A stretch of DNA of 64,000 nucleotides, taken from NCBI GenBank assembly GCA_008632985.1, contig QPGO01000094.1:230721-294720 (forward strand). The letters run 5' to 3'. The translations under genes and the position numbers were made by a program. The DNA is from Psammoneis japonica (Eukaryota). Below are positions 53,371-64,000 of this stretch, piece by piece (position 1 is the first letter of the stretch; each line of letters starts with the position of its first letter). The notes under the pieces are model-generated. The model ran no database searches. It saw only the letters and a list, made by a program, of their open reading frames with translations, and had not been told where the DNA came from.

Positions 53371-55262
53371 GACCGGGTGGAGCCAGCCATGTGGGCATTG
53401 GAAATGGAGGCTCCTCATCTTGACCATCTCAATCCATGTGCGGAGGTGTCATTTGACAACGAGGAAGAATCGAGTCCCCGAGAACTTCTTTTGTGCAAAT
53501 TTGCATTCCTGGAGGTGCTCCGCCTGCCAACCACTTTGACACAATCATCGGGAAACAAGTTGGGTCCCGACACACCTTGTGCCACCAAGTTTGACATTTT
53601 GCAAGTGACAGAGAGACATTGTGGATTGCGATTTAAGTTTGCCGAGCATGTGCTGGAAGGAGCGCTGGCAACAAAGACAGGCAATTGCTTCTTTGCCCTC
53701 GTTGTCAGACTGCAGCAGCTCCATTTTGGGGTTTTTGTGGAAAGAAACAGTCGCGCATTGGTGAGAGCAATTGTGCAAATGGTTCTGGCCAAGGTTTGGT
53801 CATGTGGACAGTGTGTGTTGTGAGGGGCGGCAGGATGCAAGACATGAAATTGGCACAAAAATTGTGCTCATTTGTTTTTTTGCATTGACGAATGCTTTTG
53901 CAGTCGCCTGTCAAAAGAATGAGCTGGGATCATTGAACACTTTCGGGCTGCACAACAAATGAGAATGTGAGAATTGCCAACAGAAAGGAAAGAGCAAGTT
54001 GGAGCACAGTCTTCAGAATGTTTTGTGGTCACCACTCACTGTCAATTCTTTAACTTGCGCATGCAGTGAAAAGACGGACGTTGTTCCACGGCCGTTGGTT
54101 CCACCAGCGGCACGGCATCAACGCATCAAGAACAACACCCGTTCTGCCACAACTTGACAAGTGACCTGCAGTTCCACCATGGCTTCCATTGTCCAGAACA
54201 ATTTGTTGCTGGCATGCTGGCCTGATGACTGCTGGAGGAAACTGGCTGAGGCGAAGAGTCTGAAACAAGAAACAAGAGAAGAAAAGATGGAGGCGGACTG
54301 CAGCGCAGCCAAAAAAGAGCCAAGTTGATGGTTGGGCACGGGGAGGAAGGAACCATCCAAGGACCCCCACTTGTGAAGAGACTGCATGGACATGTGTCAT
54401 TTAACTGGCTCATGCAGCAAGGTCATGTGCGGCGACTTGGGCAACGAGCCCGCAGACGTCAGTGCAATTTGGGAGATTCATTTGAAAAACATGGAGAGGG
54501 GTGAACAAACCATCAAGGAGAAATGGAAGGAACTGTGGGAAACCAAAGACAACATTGTGAGCCGGGTGCATGAGAACATGCATGGATGGACCATGGAGGT
54601 GAGGGAATGCACGCATGCCACCCAGGCCATGTTCTCCAAAAACAACAAGGACGAGCGATCAAGTTTGATCATCGAGCAAGCGAGGAATGCTCACAGCCAA
54701 AACATGGCAGTGTTGGAACTCAACAGCAATGCACCTTGACAGGTGGGGAGAACAGCACCGTGCAAGCGGATGGCCAAACGACCACAGCAATGAGCTCGTG
54801 GATCTTTTGGCAGCTGGGTCAAGGGATGGCAAGCTTCGTCTGGCGATTGACAAGCAAGATGTTGATGCGTTGAGAGAGGAATCAACCATCAGCTTGCCCA
54901 CATGTGGAGTGGACCAAAGCGGCAGTTTTGAACCCAATTGGCAGTTTTGAACCCAACTGGGTTCAAAACTGCAATTTTGAACCCAAGCAACGGGTCCAAA
55001 ATTGCAGTTTTCGACCCGCCCCGAAAAAGGGAGAGGCACGCGCTTCTCACGAGGCGGCAGGCGATCTGTGCACCTTTCCCATCAGCTTGAACTGCACTCA
55101 AGTGGGCGGTGAAAGTGCACGCTGATCGGAAATCTTTCGTCGGTATCTTTCTCCTTTCTCGCTTCTGGCACACATCGAAGCCACCGAAGTCGAAGTCAGT
55201 GTTTAGCGTTGCATTTTCTCACAAATCTCAAGTTTCTTTCGCGTGGGAAACGAAGAGACACT

Positions 55263-56234
55263 ATGAAGCTGACTGCTAAAGTTTGCGCCGTTTCCTTGTG
55301 TTTGTCAATCGACTACGCTTCTGCGTTTGTCGAGCCATTGTCGTCCCCTCGTGCATTAGCATCCAAGTCACAGCTCCACGAGAAATCGTTTGCTCAGTCT
55401 GCACTCAGTATCGCCGACGCTGCAGCTTCTCTAAAGAATCAAATCGTCGTGATCAAGTATGGAGGTAATGCCATGACCTCACCGGAACTAGCCCTCGGCT
55501 TTTGCCAGGACGTTGCTGCGCTTCAAAGTCTTGGTATCCGTGTCGTTGTCGTACACGGAGGTGGTCCTCAGATCTCCAGCATGTTGGAAAAGGTGGGCGT
55601 GGAGAGTAGGTTTGAAGGCGGTATGCGTGTCAGCTCTCCGGATGTCGTAGATACTGCCGAGATGGTTTTGTGCGGTTCGGTCAACAAGAAGATCTCCGCT
55701 GGTATTTGCAGTGCGGGTGGCAGAGCTATCGGCCTCTCTGGACGTGATGACTCCCTTCTCCAATGTACCAAGCAAGAGAACAAGGACGGATACGACTTGG
55801 GCTTTGTAGGTAAGGTGGAGACGGTCAACACTGACTTGTTGCGAAGCCTGTTGGATATTGGTGTGACGCCAGTAGTTTCTCCGATCGGCACTGGAATTGG
55901 AGAAGAAGCCAACGTTGCCTACAACGTCAACGCGGACGTCGCGGCTGGGCGCATTGCTGGCGACCTGGGAGCTGCCCGTGTCGTCTTTCTTACGGACATT
56001 GCTGGAGTCTTGGATAAGGAGATGAATTTGCTGCAGAACCTCGACACCGAGCAAGTTTCTGCGCTGATAGATGACGAGACTATCTCTGGAGGCATGATTC
56101 CAAAAGTGACGTATGCAACTGATGCACTTCAGCTAGGTGTCAAAGGTGCTTTCATCACAGATGGAAGAGTACCGCATGCTGTTCTAAATGAGGTTCTGGG
56201 ACCTGGTGGCGGAGGGACCATCATCACTCGCTAA
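55263..56234 (+). CDS. argB: Acetylglutamate kinase, plastid-targeted, intronless
   Basis: VIKYGGNAM, VVVHGGGPQI, YNVNAD, FLTDIAGVL, ISGGMIPK; signal peptide ending ASA-F. Confidence 0.95.
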   Translation: MKLTAKVCAVSLCLSIDYASAFVEPLSSPRALASKSQLHEKSFAQSALSIADAAASLKNQIVVIKYGGNAMTSPELALGFCQDVAALQSLGIRVVVVHGGGPQISSMLEKVGVESRFEGGMRVSSPDVVDTAEMVLCGSVNKKISAGICSAGGRAIGLSGRDDSLLQCTKQENKDGYDLGFVGKVETVNTDLLRSLLDIGVTPVVSPIGTGIGEEANVAYNVNADVAAGRIAGDLGAARVVFLTDIAGVLDKEMNLLQNLDTEQVSALIDDETISGGMIPKVTYATDALQLGVKGAFITDGRVPHAVLNEVLGPGGGGTIITR

Positions 56235-56686
56235 CAAGTGATTCTACAAGAGCGAAGCCAAGTCTACCGAACGCATTACGAGGAATAGAAGTAGTTTAAC
56301 ACAAAATAAGTAGAGCTGCCCGTCAGGATTTAGACAGCAGTCTTTCATCACTTTCTTGCCGCAGTGCTATTGATCTAGTGAAGGTTGGCCCCTAAACCGG
56401 ATTCCAGATTACAATAAAGTTGCATATTCGAGCAATACGTAAAACAAACGCTCTTGTTCGAAGAATCATCATCGAAATCCAAAATCATTGCGCTCGCTCG
56501 GGGAGTTGCCACACCTTCTAGCCTAATTATTTTACCTTCAGGCCCTACAGTACTTTCTACAGAGCTCTGATAGCTCCATGTTGGACAATGGCATTGTACA
56601 AGCCAGTCCAACATGCAAACATTCGGCCGGGCAGCAGTGTTCGAGAAAGGTCGAAGATCACTACAAGTGTTACTTAATATTTGGCA

Positions 56687-58144
56687 TCAATAATCTTCCC
56701 TTGGGCGCTTGCGAGAATAATAGTCATAGTGATTTCCTCGTCCTCCGCGTCCCATGCCTTGCGGCGGCGGTCGTTGTTGGTATCCACCCCTCCCACCAGA
56801 ATATCCCCCACGTCGAGGACGAAATTGCGACGAGGCGTATTGACTGTTGGCATCATATCTCCCTCTGTCATATTCGTTTCCACCATGCCAATCATTTCTG
56901 TACCCATAACTGACATCTTGATTCCGGGTATAATGGCGATCGTCCTCGTAACGAGAATTGTGTCGATACCTATCTTCGCGATGATCGGTCTCAAACGATT
57001 CCCTATCATTCGTCCATTCTTGGTCAGATGCTTGCCTTTGCGGTTCTTTCGGTGTCGCTGTCGTTGTTTGGGGCTTCCCTTGCTCTTCAATTAGTTTCGC
57101 CAGAACTGAGTCCGGTGCCACTCCAGCGCCCCATGCACCCCCGGTGCCCACGTGCTTTACATCAGATGCGCTGGCAGCTCCAGAAGTTATGCTATCTTTT
57201 GCTTCACCAGCTCTAGAGGATGAGGCAGATGTGGGGCCCTGTTGAACTAAAGCTGGACCAATCATTGCGCTTTCCCCACTGGGCTGCTCGCCTTCGGCCG
57301 CATTATCTCCTTCCTCGGCATTGCCGGAAGTTGAGGACACTACAGCAACCTTTGGATTCTGCTTTTGGGGTGCCCGCGGAGCAACTGGGACAATTGCAGG
57401 ATCCGGGAGACGACGCTGTCGACTGGCGTCGGTCAACTCTTGGCGAATTTGTAGCTGCGTGTGGGAGTACTCCGACCAATCTTCTTCGGTCATATTGTAA
57501 TTGAAAAAGTCCCGCATATCTCCGCCACGTACCCAAGGTTTGTCTTCAATTTGGTCCATTCGAATATCAAAAGCCGTCCGTTTCGAGAAAAGGCAGGGGT
57601 CCCGGCCCGCATTCTCCTCTGATTCCAGACGGCGGGCTGACTCTTTTGCTTCTTCGAGCTTGCGCTGCTTCTCAGCCAAAAGACGTGCAGCCCGCTGCGC
57701 TGGGTCGAGCTTTGCCATCTCCTCTTCTTCCTGCTGTCGACGCCGTTCTTCAAACTCTTCGGAAGTCGGCTGCACTTGGTCTTCATCCTGTGACGAGTCT
57801 TTTTTTTCACTGCGAACCCATTGGCGGTTCTGTTGCTGCAGTATGGACGGGTGCCCTCCACGTCGCATCATACCCATCCGAGACGCTGAAAGAACAATAT
57901 CTACTTCACTGCTGCCATCGTCTTCTTCTTCCTCGCTACCATCAGAGACGTAGATCTCCGCTTCATAGATATCGCCGCTGTGAGACGTCATGGCGTATCC
58001 ACTCGAGGTTGCAGGCTTTTTATCATCCGGTTCAACCGCAAGAACGTCTCGTGATTGAGACGTATCATCCTGCTTCGTTTCAGCAGCCGTTTCCACCACG
58101 ACTGCTGGGGGGTCATTCTGCACCTTACGCTTCTTCCGTCCCAT
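56687..58144 (-). CDS. FIP1: Pre-mRNA 3'-end processing factor FIP1-like
   Basis: Fip1 motif AFDIRMDQIEDKPWVRGGDMRDFFNYNMTEEDWSEY; acidic N-terminus, R/G/Y-rich tail. Confidence 0.88.
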   Translation of the reverse strand: MGRKKRKVQNDPPAVVVETAAETKQDDTSQSRDVLAVEPDDKKPATSSGYAMTSHSGDIYEAEIYVSDGSEEEEDDGSSEVDIVLSASRMGMMRRGGHPSILQQQNRQWVRSEKKDSSQDEDQVQPTSEEFEERRRQQEEEEMAKLDPAQRAARLLAEKQRKLEEAKESARRLESEENAGRDPCLFSKRTAFDIRMDQIEDKPWVRGGDMRDFFNYNMTEEDWSEYSHTQLQIRQELTDASRQRRLPDPAIVPVAPRAPQKQNPKVAVVSSTSGNAEEGDNAAEGEQPSGESAMIGPALVQQGPTSASSSRAGEAKDSITSGAASASDVKHVGTGGAWGAGVAPDSVLAKLIEEQGKPQTTTATPKEPQRQASDQEWTNDRESFETDHREDRYRHNSRYEDDRHYTRNQDVSYGYRNDWHGGNEYDRGRYDANSQYASSQFRPRRGGYSGGRGGYQQRPPPQGMGRGGRGNHYDYYSRKRPREDY

Positions 58145-58749
58145 CGCGTTGTCAATTTCTTCCCTGCTCTCTTGCTTGTGAACAGTACTGGCGGTATGTT
58201 GCTGTGAACGGTACGTTCGCCCATTGTGAGGAGATCTATCTATCGAACCAATCGATTCAACACGGTCTGTCCTTGTGTCTGTTGTTTGTTTGCTTACGCA
58301 CCCTATTTAGTCTACACCGTGCCGTACCGGTAGTAGCTACATTACCTGCACTCTCTCTTCTACTCTCTCTCTAGAGTAGAGCTTGTCTCAACTCTACTCT
58401 AGCTACTATCTAGAGAGTAGAGTACCGGTAGCAGAGAGGAAGCTAAAAGGAGAGGAAGAAACTTGAAGTTGGAGCGCGGTGGTTGTTGGTGATGGCTACG
58501 TAGGAATTTACAAAAGCATTTCGTAATCATGGCAGTACTACCAATATCAAACTTATTATTCAGCCTCTACTCAATCTATTGTACTTTCTTCCACAACAAA
58601 CACTCAATCACACCGCATGATCGTACTGCGAGAACGGGGAAAAGATACGAACTGCTCTCAAGTGGATGCTTGTGCAAAAGAGCATTCCAAACGGCTGCTC
58701 ACGACGCTCTGAAGCACAAGATGCCGAAAGCCGTTCGAGCAAGTGATCC

Positions 58750-60083
58750 TTAGCCAAACAATCTCGTCACGACATCACGTGCCAACAACTTCAAGTTGCG
58801 CCTTGCTGTCTCTTTTCCTTCGTTTTCTTCCTTCTGTCGATACCCGACTTCGAATTCTTCTGGCGTCCAGCCGAATTGCCTGAGGGCTTTCCGGTGATGT
58901 TCGTCATCAATCAAATGCATCATTCGGTATTTGTTCAACTGGTCCTTCCACTTATTCATGTATTCTTTGTGGTGAAGCATGTTGTTAAGGATGGCGTCGT
59001 ATCGAGCATCAGTCTGCTCCTGTCTTTTCTGAGTCCAGTATTCTGGATCATCAACTTCACCCGTGGATAGAAGCGAGCGTTGTCCCTTGAGTTTACGCAC
59101 GATGTCCCAACTGAGGGCTATCTTGAGTGAACGACGCAACTCTTTCTCTCTCTTCAATACATCCATCAGCTCAGATCGGTCCCATCGCAAGAGCTTCACG
59201 TCGCCGCCGGCAACAATCTTGCAACAAGATTCCACCGTCCCCTGAAGCAATAATCCCGAGTGTAGGCCAGATTCTGATACAAAATTTCCTTCCTCTAAGT
59301 TGTAAGTGTGAACTCCGTCTCGAATCGCCTTGAGCTTTCCAGATAGCACGAGTCGAATGTACTTATTTGGTTCGCCCTAATAACAGTTTTTCAAAGTGTG
59401 GCGTCAGTTCTGTCACTTCTTGACATCCACTACAACAACCTCTTACAGACCACCTGTACACTTACCTGTTCAACAACCACATCTCCATCTCTATAAGTTT
59501 CCCGTGTTCCGAGTCTATCTAATTTGGCAAAATCTTTCAAGTCCACGGCGTAGAAGTGATGATTGCGAACACGGACCATATCCTCTGGTAGCGATTCCGC
59601 CTGCCATTGGTCCATTAACACCCTTCCAATTCGATAAGAGTTGATTGCAATAAACAATGCATTCCATTTGAAAGGCAGCCACAGCACCCGGCCATGCGGG
59701 TGAAAGTATGTGAAAAACAGCATGGCCGTAGATCCTGCAACAGCAATGATACGAAGTTGCAAAAAATCATCAACAGAATATGAAATAGCCACCAGCACGA
59801 AGGAAGAGTGCCCAAAGATCTCAGACAAAGTCACCTCGTAGTGCCTGGGTGTTATCCAACGAGGCACCGGGACGGTTCTGGGTCTCAGAAGTGTTGCATG
59901 AAGCGAGGTGCGAAAGGACTGAAAGATACGGTTGCTTTCAAAATACGGTGATTCCGCCGTGGGTTGTGCAGTTGACTTGAGACGACGGTTGACGCCCCTG
60001 GTGGCATGCCCCGTTTGTCTAGCGCCGATTGAGGCGAGTCGTCGCTGCGTCAATAAACGAGAGGAAAGATGTGCAGCAGTCAT
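58750..60083 (-). CDS. Membrane protein with Popeye/cyclic-nucleotide-binding-like domain (exons 60083-59466, 59376-58750)
   Basis: Three hydrophobic helices (FGHSSFVLVAISY..LQLRIIAV..WNALFIAINSYRI) then YRDGDVVVEQ|GEPNKYIRLVLSGK..EGNFVSE (cNMP-fold pattern); Arg/Ser-rich N-terminus. Start codon uncertain. Confidence 0.65.
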
Positions 60084-60736
60084 TGGAGTCAGTGTTGACG
60101 TTTTCTTCCCTAATTGAACCCTCAGGCCGCCGAGAAAGCGCTGAGGTAACACATGCCTTGTCATGTTCAAGATTAAACTTGTTTCGAGACCGTTGCTGGA
60201 CAACTTTTTCGATCTTTCACACGTGTCGACGATGCCTCATCGTATAACAAAGTGAAAATGCACGCCAACTCATTGTCGTGTGTCGTGTCTCGTGTCGGAA
60301 GCAGATGCAAGAATTCGAATTGCGAGCGCGCGCGCGCGTTGTGCTGGGCAGGCGTGTGGCGAGCAGACGCAGAGAATGGTGTGAATACCTGTATGGGCAC
60401 CAAGAACATGCGAGACAGCCAATCGAACATACATTCGGCAGACGTCATTTTCGCGCGCACTTTTTCGTCCCAACATCGAACATCGAACGACATCAGCCCA
60501 CCTCACAACATGCACACACAGCACTCTCATCCAACTCATCATCGATCATCAATAGTTGTAAGGCCGAGGTAGAAGGTAGAATCCTCCGCTCGACGATCCG
60601 AATCCGAGGTTGTCGGCTTTAGACTCCAGGAAATAACGGCTTCTTGTCATACGTAGCTTGCTTTCACCACCCCTCTTTCCTCGAATCCCAAACTCAATCC
60701 GCAATCTTTTACAAAGTCGCACGAGAAACGAGTGGG

Positions 60737-63700
60737 ATGCCGATTTCTCAGAATCTCAAGTCGACGCAACATCCATCGAGACGTGGAGTTGCACTCAGGA
60801 AAATGGTGATTGCCTGGCTGTGCGTTTCTTCCACAACACCGATTTCGAATCGCGTTTGCGCTGCCTTTGTGAGGGGCTCAGCCTCTACCCGATCGGCTGC
60901 GTTTGTGAGCTCATTTTCCGCTGTTAGGAAATCGGGGTTGCGGCAGAAAGCCCCAATCGGGCCGTGGCGAAGCGGCGCATTGTTGCTTTCTTCTTCAACT
61001 GCAACAGAGTCGTCCACAGCTTATGATATCAAAAATAGACAAGAAGGCCTCGACAAGTATGAGCCATCGTCTTTTGAATCCGACATTTACAAGTGGTGGG
61101 AAAACTCAGGCTGCTTTGACCCTGATGCCAAACAGAAAAAGAGCGCAGACGAAAAGAAGCCGTATGTTCTCCCTATGCCCCCGCCAAATGTAACTGGTCG
61201 GTTGCACATGGGGCATGCCATTTTTGTGGCCCTTCAGGATGTGTTGGCCCGATTTCATCGTATGCGCGGACGACCTGTACTCTGGTTGCCTGGTAAGTTG
61301 AACGTGATGTAAAGTAGTATGAACGTGGTTTGTTTTTGAGAGTGAGCGCAACAAATACATTTCCGCCGCATCCCCTGCAGGAACCGATCACGCCGGAATT
61401 GCCACTCAACTCCAGGTTGAGAAAGCGCTGATTGAGGAAGGCACGAGCCGGGAAGAAGTAGGACGAGAGGAGTTTTTGAAGCGCACTTGGGAGTACAAAG
61501 AGGAGCAGGGCGGCCACATCACGCGACAATTGCGTTCCCTTGGAGCTTCTGCAGACTGGAGTCGGGAACGATTTACGATGGATCCGGAGTTGAGTGAGGG
61601 TGTGGTAGAGGCCTTTGTTCGATTGCACGAGAAAGGACTTATCTATCGCGGAGAATACATGGTGAATTGGGCACCGCTTCTTAAAACAGCTGTTAGTGAT
61701 TTGGAAGTGGATTATTCTGACGAGGAGGGGAAGCTATACTACTTCAAGTACATGGTGAAAGGATCCGATGGTAGGTCAAGGACACAAGTCGTGTACAGTG
61801 ATTGGATTGCCGTACTCACCTTTCACTGCCATGGCTTTGTGACAATGTTGGGCAGAATTCCTTCCGGTTGCAACTACAAGACCTGAAACAATATGTGGTG
61901 ATACTGCTGTCTGCGTGCATCCCGAAGATGAAAGATATAAACACTTGGTGGGGAAAGAAGCTGTAGTTCCAATGTCTGGTGGGCGATCGATCCCAATCAT
62001 TGCGGATGAGTACGTTGATATGGAATTTGGAACTGGGGCGCTCAAAATCACTCCTGGTCACGACCCAAACGACTACAACATTGGCAAGAAGTTTGACCTT
62101 CCCATCATTAACATTATGAACAAGGATGGATCGTTGAATGCCAATGCTGGGGCCTATGACGGCTTGGATCGGTTTGATGCTCGAGAGAAGCTGTGGCAAG
62201 ATATGGAGGAGAATGATCTTACGATTAAGGTGAGCTCCTTTAGGGTGCTTAGTACTCATGACGTGCTTGCGGGCTATGCAGCTAATTTTTTGTTTTTATA
62301 GGTTGATCCGCACACCCAGCGAGTGCCCAGGTCTCAGCGTGGGGGCGAGGTCATCGAGCCGCTGGTTAGCAGCCAGTGGTTTGTGAAGACGGAGGGTATG
62401 GGCGCTAAAGCACTTGCGGCCGTGGAGGAAGGGGATATTCAGATTGTTCCTCAGCGCTTCGATAAGATCTGGAGAAATTGGCTAACCGACATTCACGACT
62501 GGTATGTCTAAATAGGTACTTTGAGTGTTTTTCTTTCAATCTTTCCGCTAAGTGTCAGTTTCCATTTTTGCTTCAGGTGCATTTCACGTCAACTTTGGTG
62601 GGGCCATCGCATTCCGGTTTGGTACGTCGGAGAGACTGGCGAGTCGGAGTACATAGTCGCACGGAACGAGGATGAAGCTAGAGAGAAAGCAGTGGCGAAC
62701 GGTCACCCAAACGATGTTGTTCTGCGACAAGAAGACGATGTCCTAGACACGTGGTTCAGCTCTGGATTATGGCCTTTTGCGACTGTTGGATGGCCGCAAA
62801 ACGAGGGCGTCGAGGATTCCGACCTCAATAGGTTTTATCCAGGAACTTGTCTGGAGACTGGGTATGACATTATTTTCTTTTGGGTTGCAAGGATGGTAAT
62901 GATGGGAATAGAATTGACTGGAAAGAGTCCATTCAGTGTCATTTACTTGCATGGTCTTGTTCGTGCTGCAGATGGTAGTAAGATGTCGAAGACAAAAGGC
63001 AACGTAATTGACCCGCTGGATACTGTGGCGACGTATGGCGCGGACAGTCTGCGGTATTCCCTAGTGACAGGTGTCACGCCGGGACAGGATATTCCACTCA
63101 ACATGGAGAAGATCGAGGCCAATCGTAATTTTGCAAACAAGCTTTGGAATTGTTGCAAGTTTGTAACGGGCAATGCTTTGAGAGACTTGAGCGAATCGGA
63201 CTTATCTGAGCTGAGTGTAGGTGGACCAATGACAGAAGAAGAATTCAATACTCTTTCTCTTCCGGAACGCTATATCATCACGAAATGCCATCGTCTTGTA
63301 GCTTCGGTGACGGATGATATCGAGAGGTACCAGTTAGGGGCTGCTGGAAGCAAGGTGAGCTTCTGAAGACTGACAACAGACAACGTCTGGAAATGGTTGT
63401 TATCTAACTTAACTGGGACACTGCTAATTGTTTTTGCAGGTCTATGAGTTTTTGTGGGATCAATATGCAGACTGGTACATTGAAATTTCGAAGACTCGCC
63501 TTTACGAAGGAGCCGGAGGAGGCGGAAAAGAGGAAGCAAAAGCCGCTCGACGCGTTCTTGTCTATGTTTTGGACACGAGTTTGCGTCTGCTGCACCCCTA
63601 CATGCCTTACGTGACTGAGAAGTTGTGGCATCATCTCCCACGATCCGGTCCTACTGCCGACCAGGCTGCTCATTCACTGATGCTTGCGGATTGGCCTCAG

Positions 63701-64000
63701 ATGGAAGATTCCGATCTCGTGACAAGTGATGAAGCTGTCAGAAGTTTCGAATGTTTTCAGGCTCTTACTCGAAGTATCCGTAACGCGAGGGCTGAGTACA
63801 ACGTTGAGCCGGGGAAGCGAATCAGTGCGACTGTCGTCGCGAGCGAAGATCTGCTTGAGGATATTGAAACAGAGCTCAAATCTCTTGTTGCTCTTGCTAA
63901 GCTCGACCCGGATAAGGTAGCTGTTCATGCAGCTGGAAGTAAAGAGGCGCAAGAAGCGATGGAGATGGGCGAATCTGTTAAGATCGTGGTCCAAGATGGC
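60737..64000 (+). CDS. valS: Valyl-tRNA synthetase, organellar type (multi-exon, runs off the right edge)
   Basis: [37 protein letters not shown] (across an intron), [22 protein letters not shown]-terminal targeting-like extension. Confidence 0.95.

Larger units (their letters stand above)
44630..55130. repeat. Repeat/transposon block 2, TpA-depleted
   Basis: MITEs, satellite, tandem duplication and TE remnants with the same dinucleotide signature as block 1. Confidence 0.85.

Noticed and set aside
14550..55130. Classical RIP or plain CpG methylation decay as the sole explanation
   Set aside because: RIP increases TpA and stop codons, which is the opposite of what is seen. CpG decay cannot turn Tyr codons into Cys or His, and CpG is retained in copia B.
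55263..56234. Intronless argB as a recent bacterial insertion
   Set aside because: It carries a diatom-type bipartite plastid presequence and host-like composition; intronless genes are common in diatoms.
1..64000. tRNA or rRNA genes
   Set aside because: None recognised by eye; a covariance-model scan was not possible.

Overview
Eukaryotic nuclear DNA, most likely a diatom (GT-AG introns, bipartite signal peptide + ASAF-type plastid presequences, diatom-type Ty1/copia elements). Three gene-rich segments (1-14.3 kb, 41.8-44.3 kb, 55.2-64 kb) carry a BRWD/PHIP-like WD40-bromodomain gene, an inverted pair of RING + NLP-like GAF paralogues, an EF-hand/DUF760-like plastid protein, RPLP1, PRP38, acetylglutamate kinase, FIP1, a Popeye/cNMP-binding-like membrane protein and valyl-tRNA synthetase. 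They are separated by two repeat blocks (~14.55-41.4 kb and ~44.63-55.1 kb) holding two LTR- and TSD-bounded copia elements, TIR/MITE elements, a gypsy fragment, a satellite and decayed gene remnants. The outstanding signal is that TpA dinucleotides have been almost completely converted to TpG/CpA inside the repeat blocks only. Conserved Tyr codons became Cys or His, LTR pairs differ mostly by swaps among TA/CG/TG/CA, and TpA was lost while CpG was still largely intact. This looks like a repeat-targeted, DNA-level A-to-G hypermutation at TpA, the mirror image of fungal RIP. I do not know of a description of it, but novelty needs a literature and genome check. All counts are approximate hand counts, and ancestral protein residues are recalled family consensus rather than search results.
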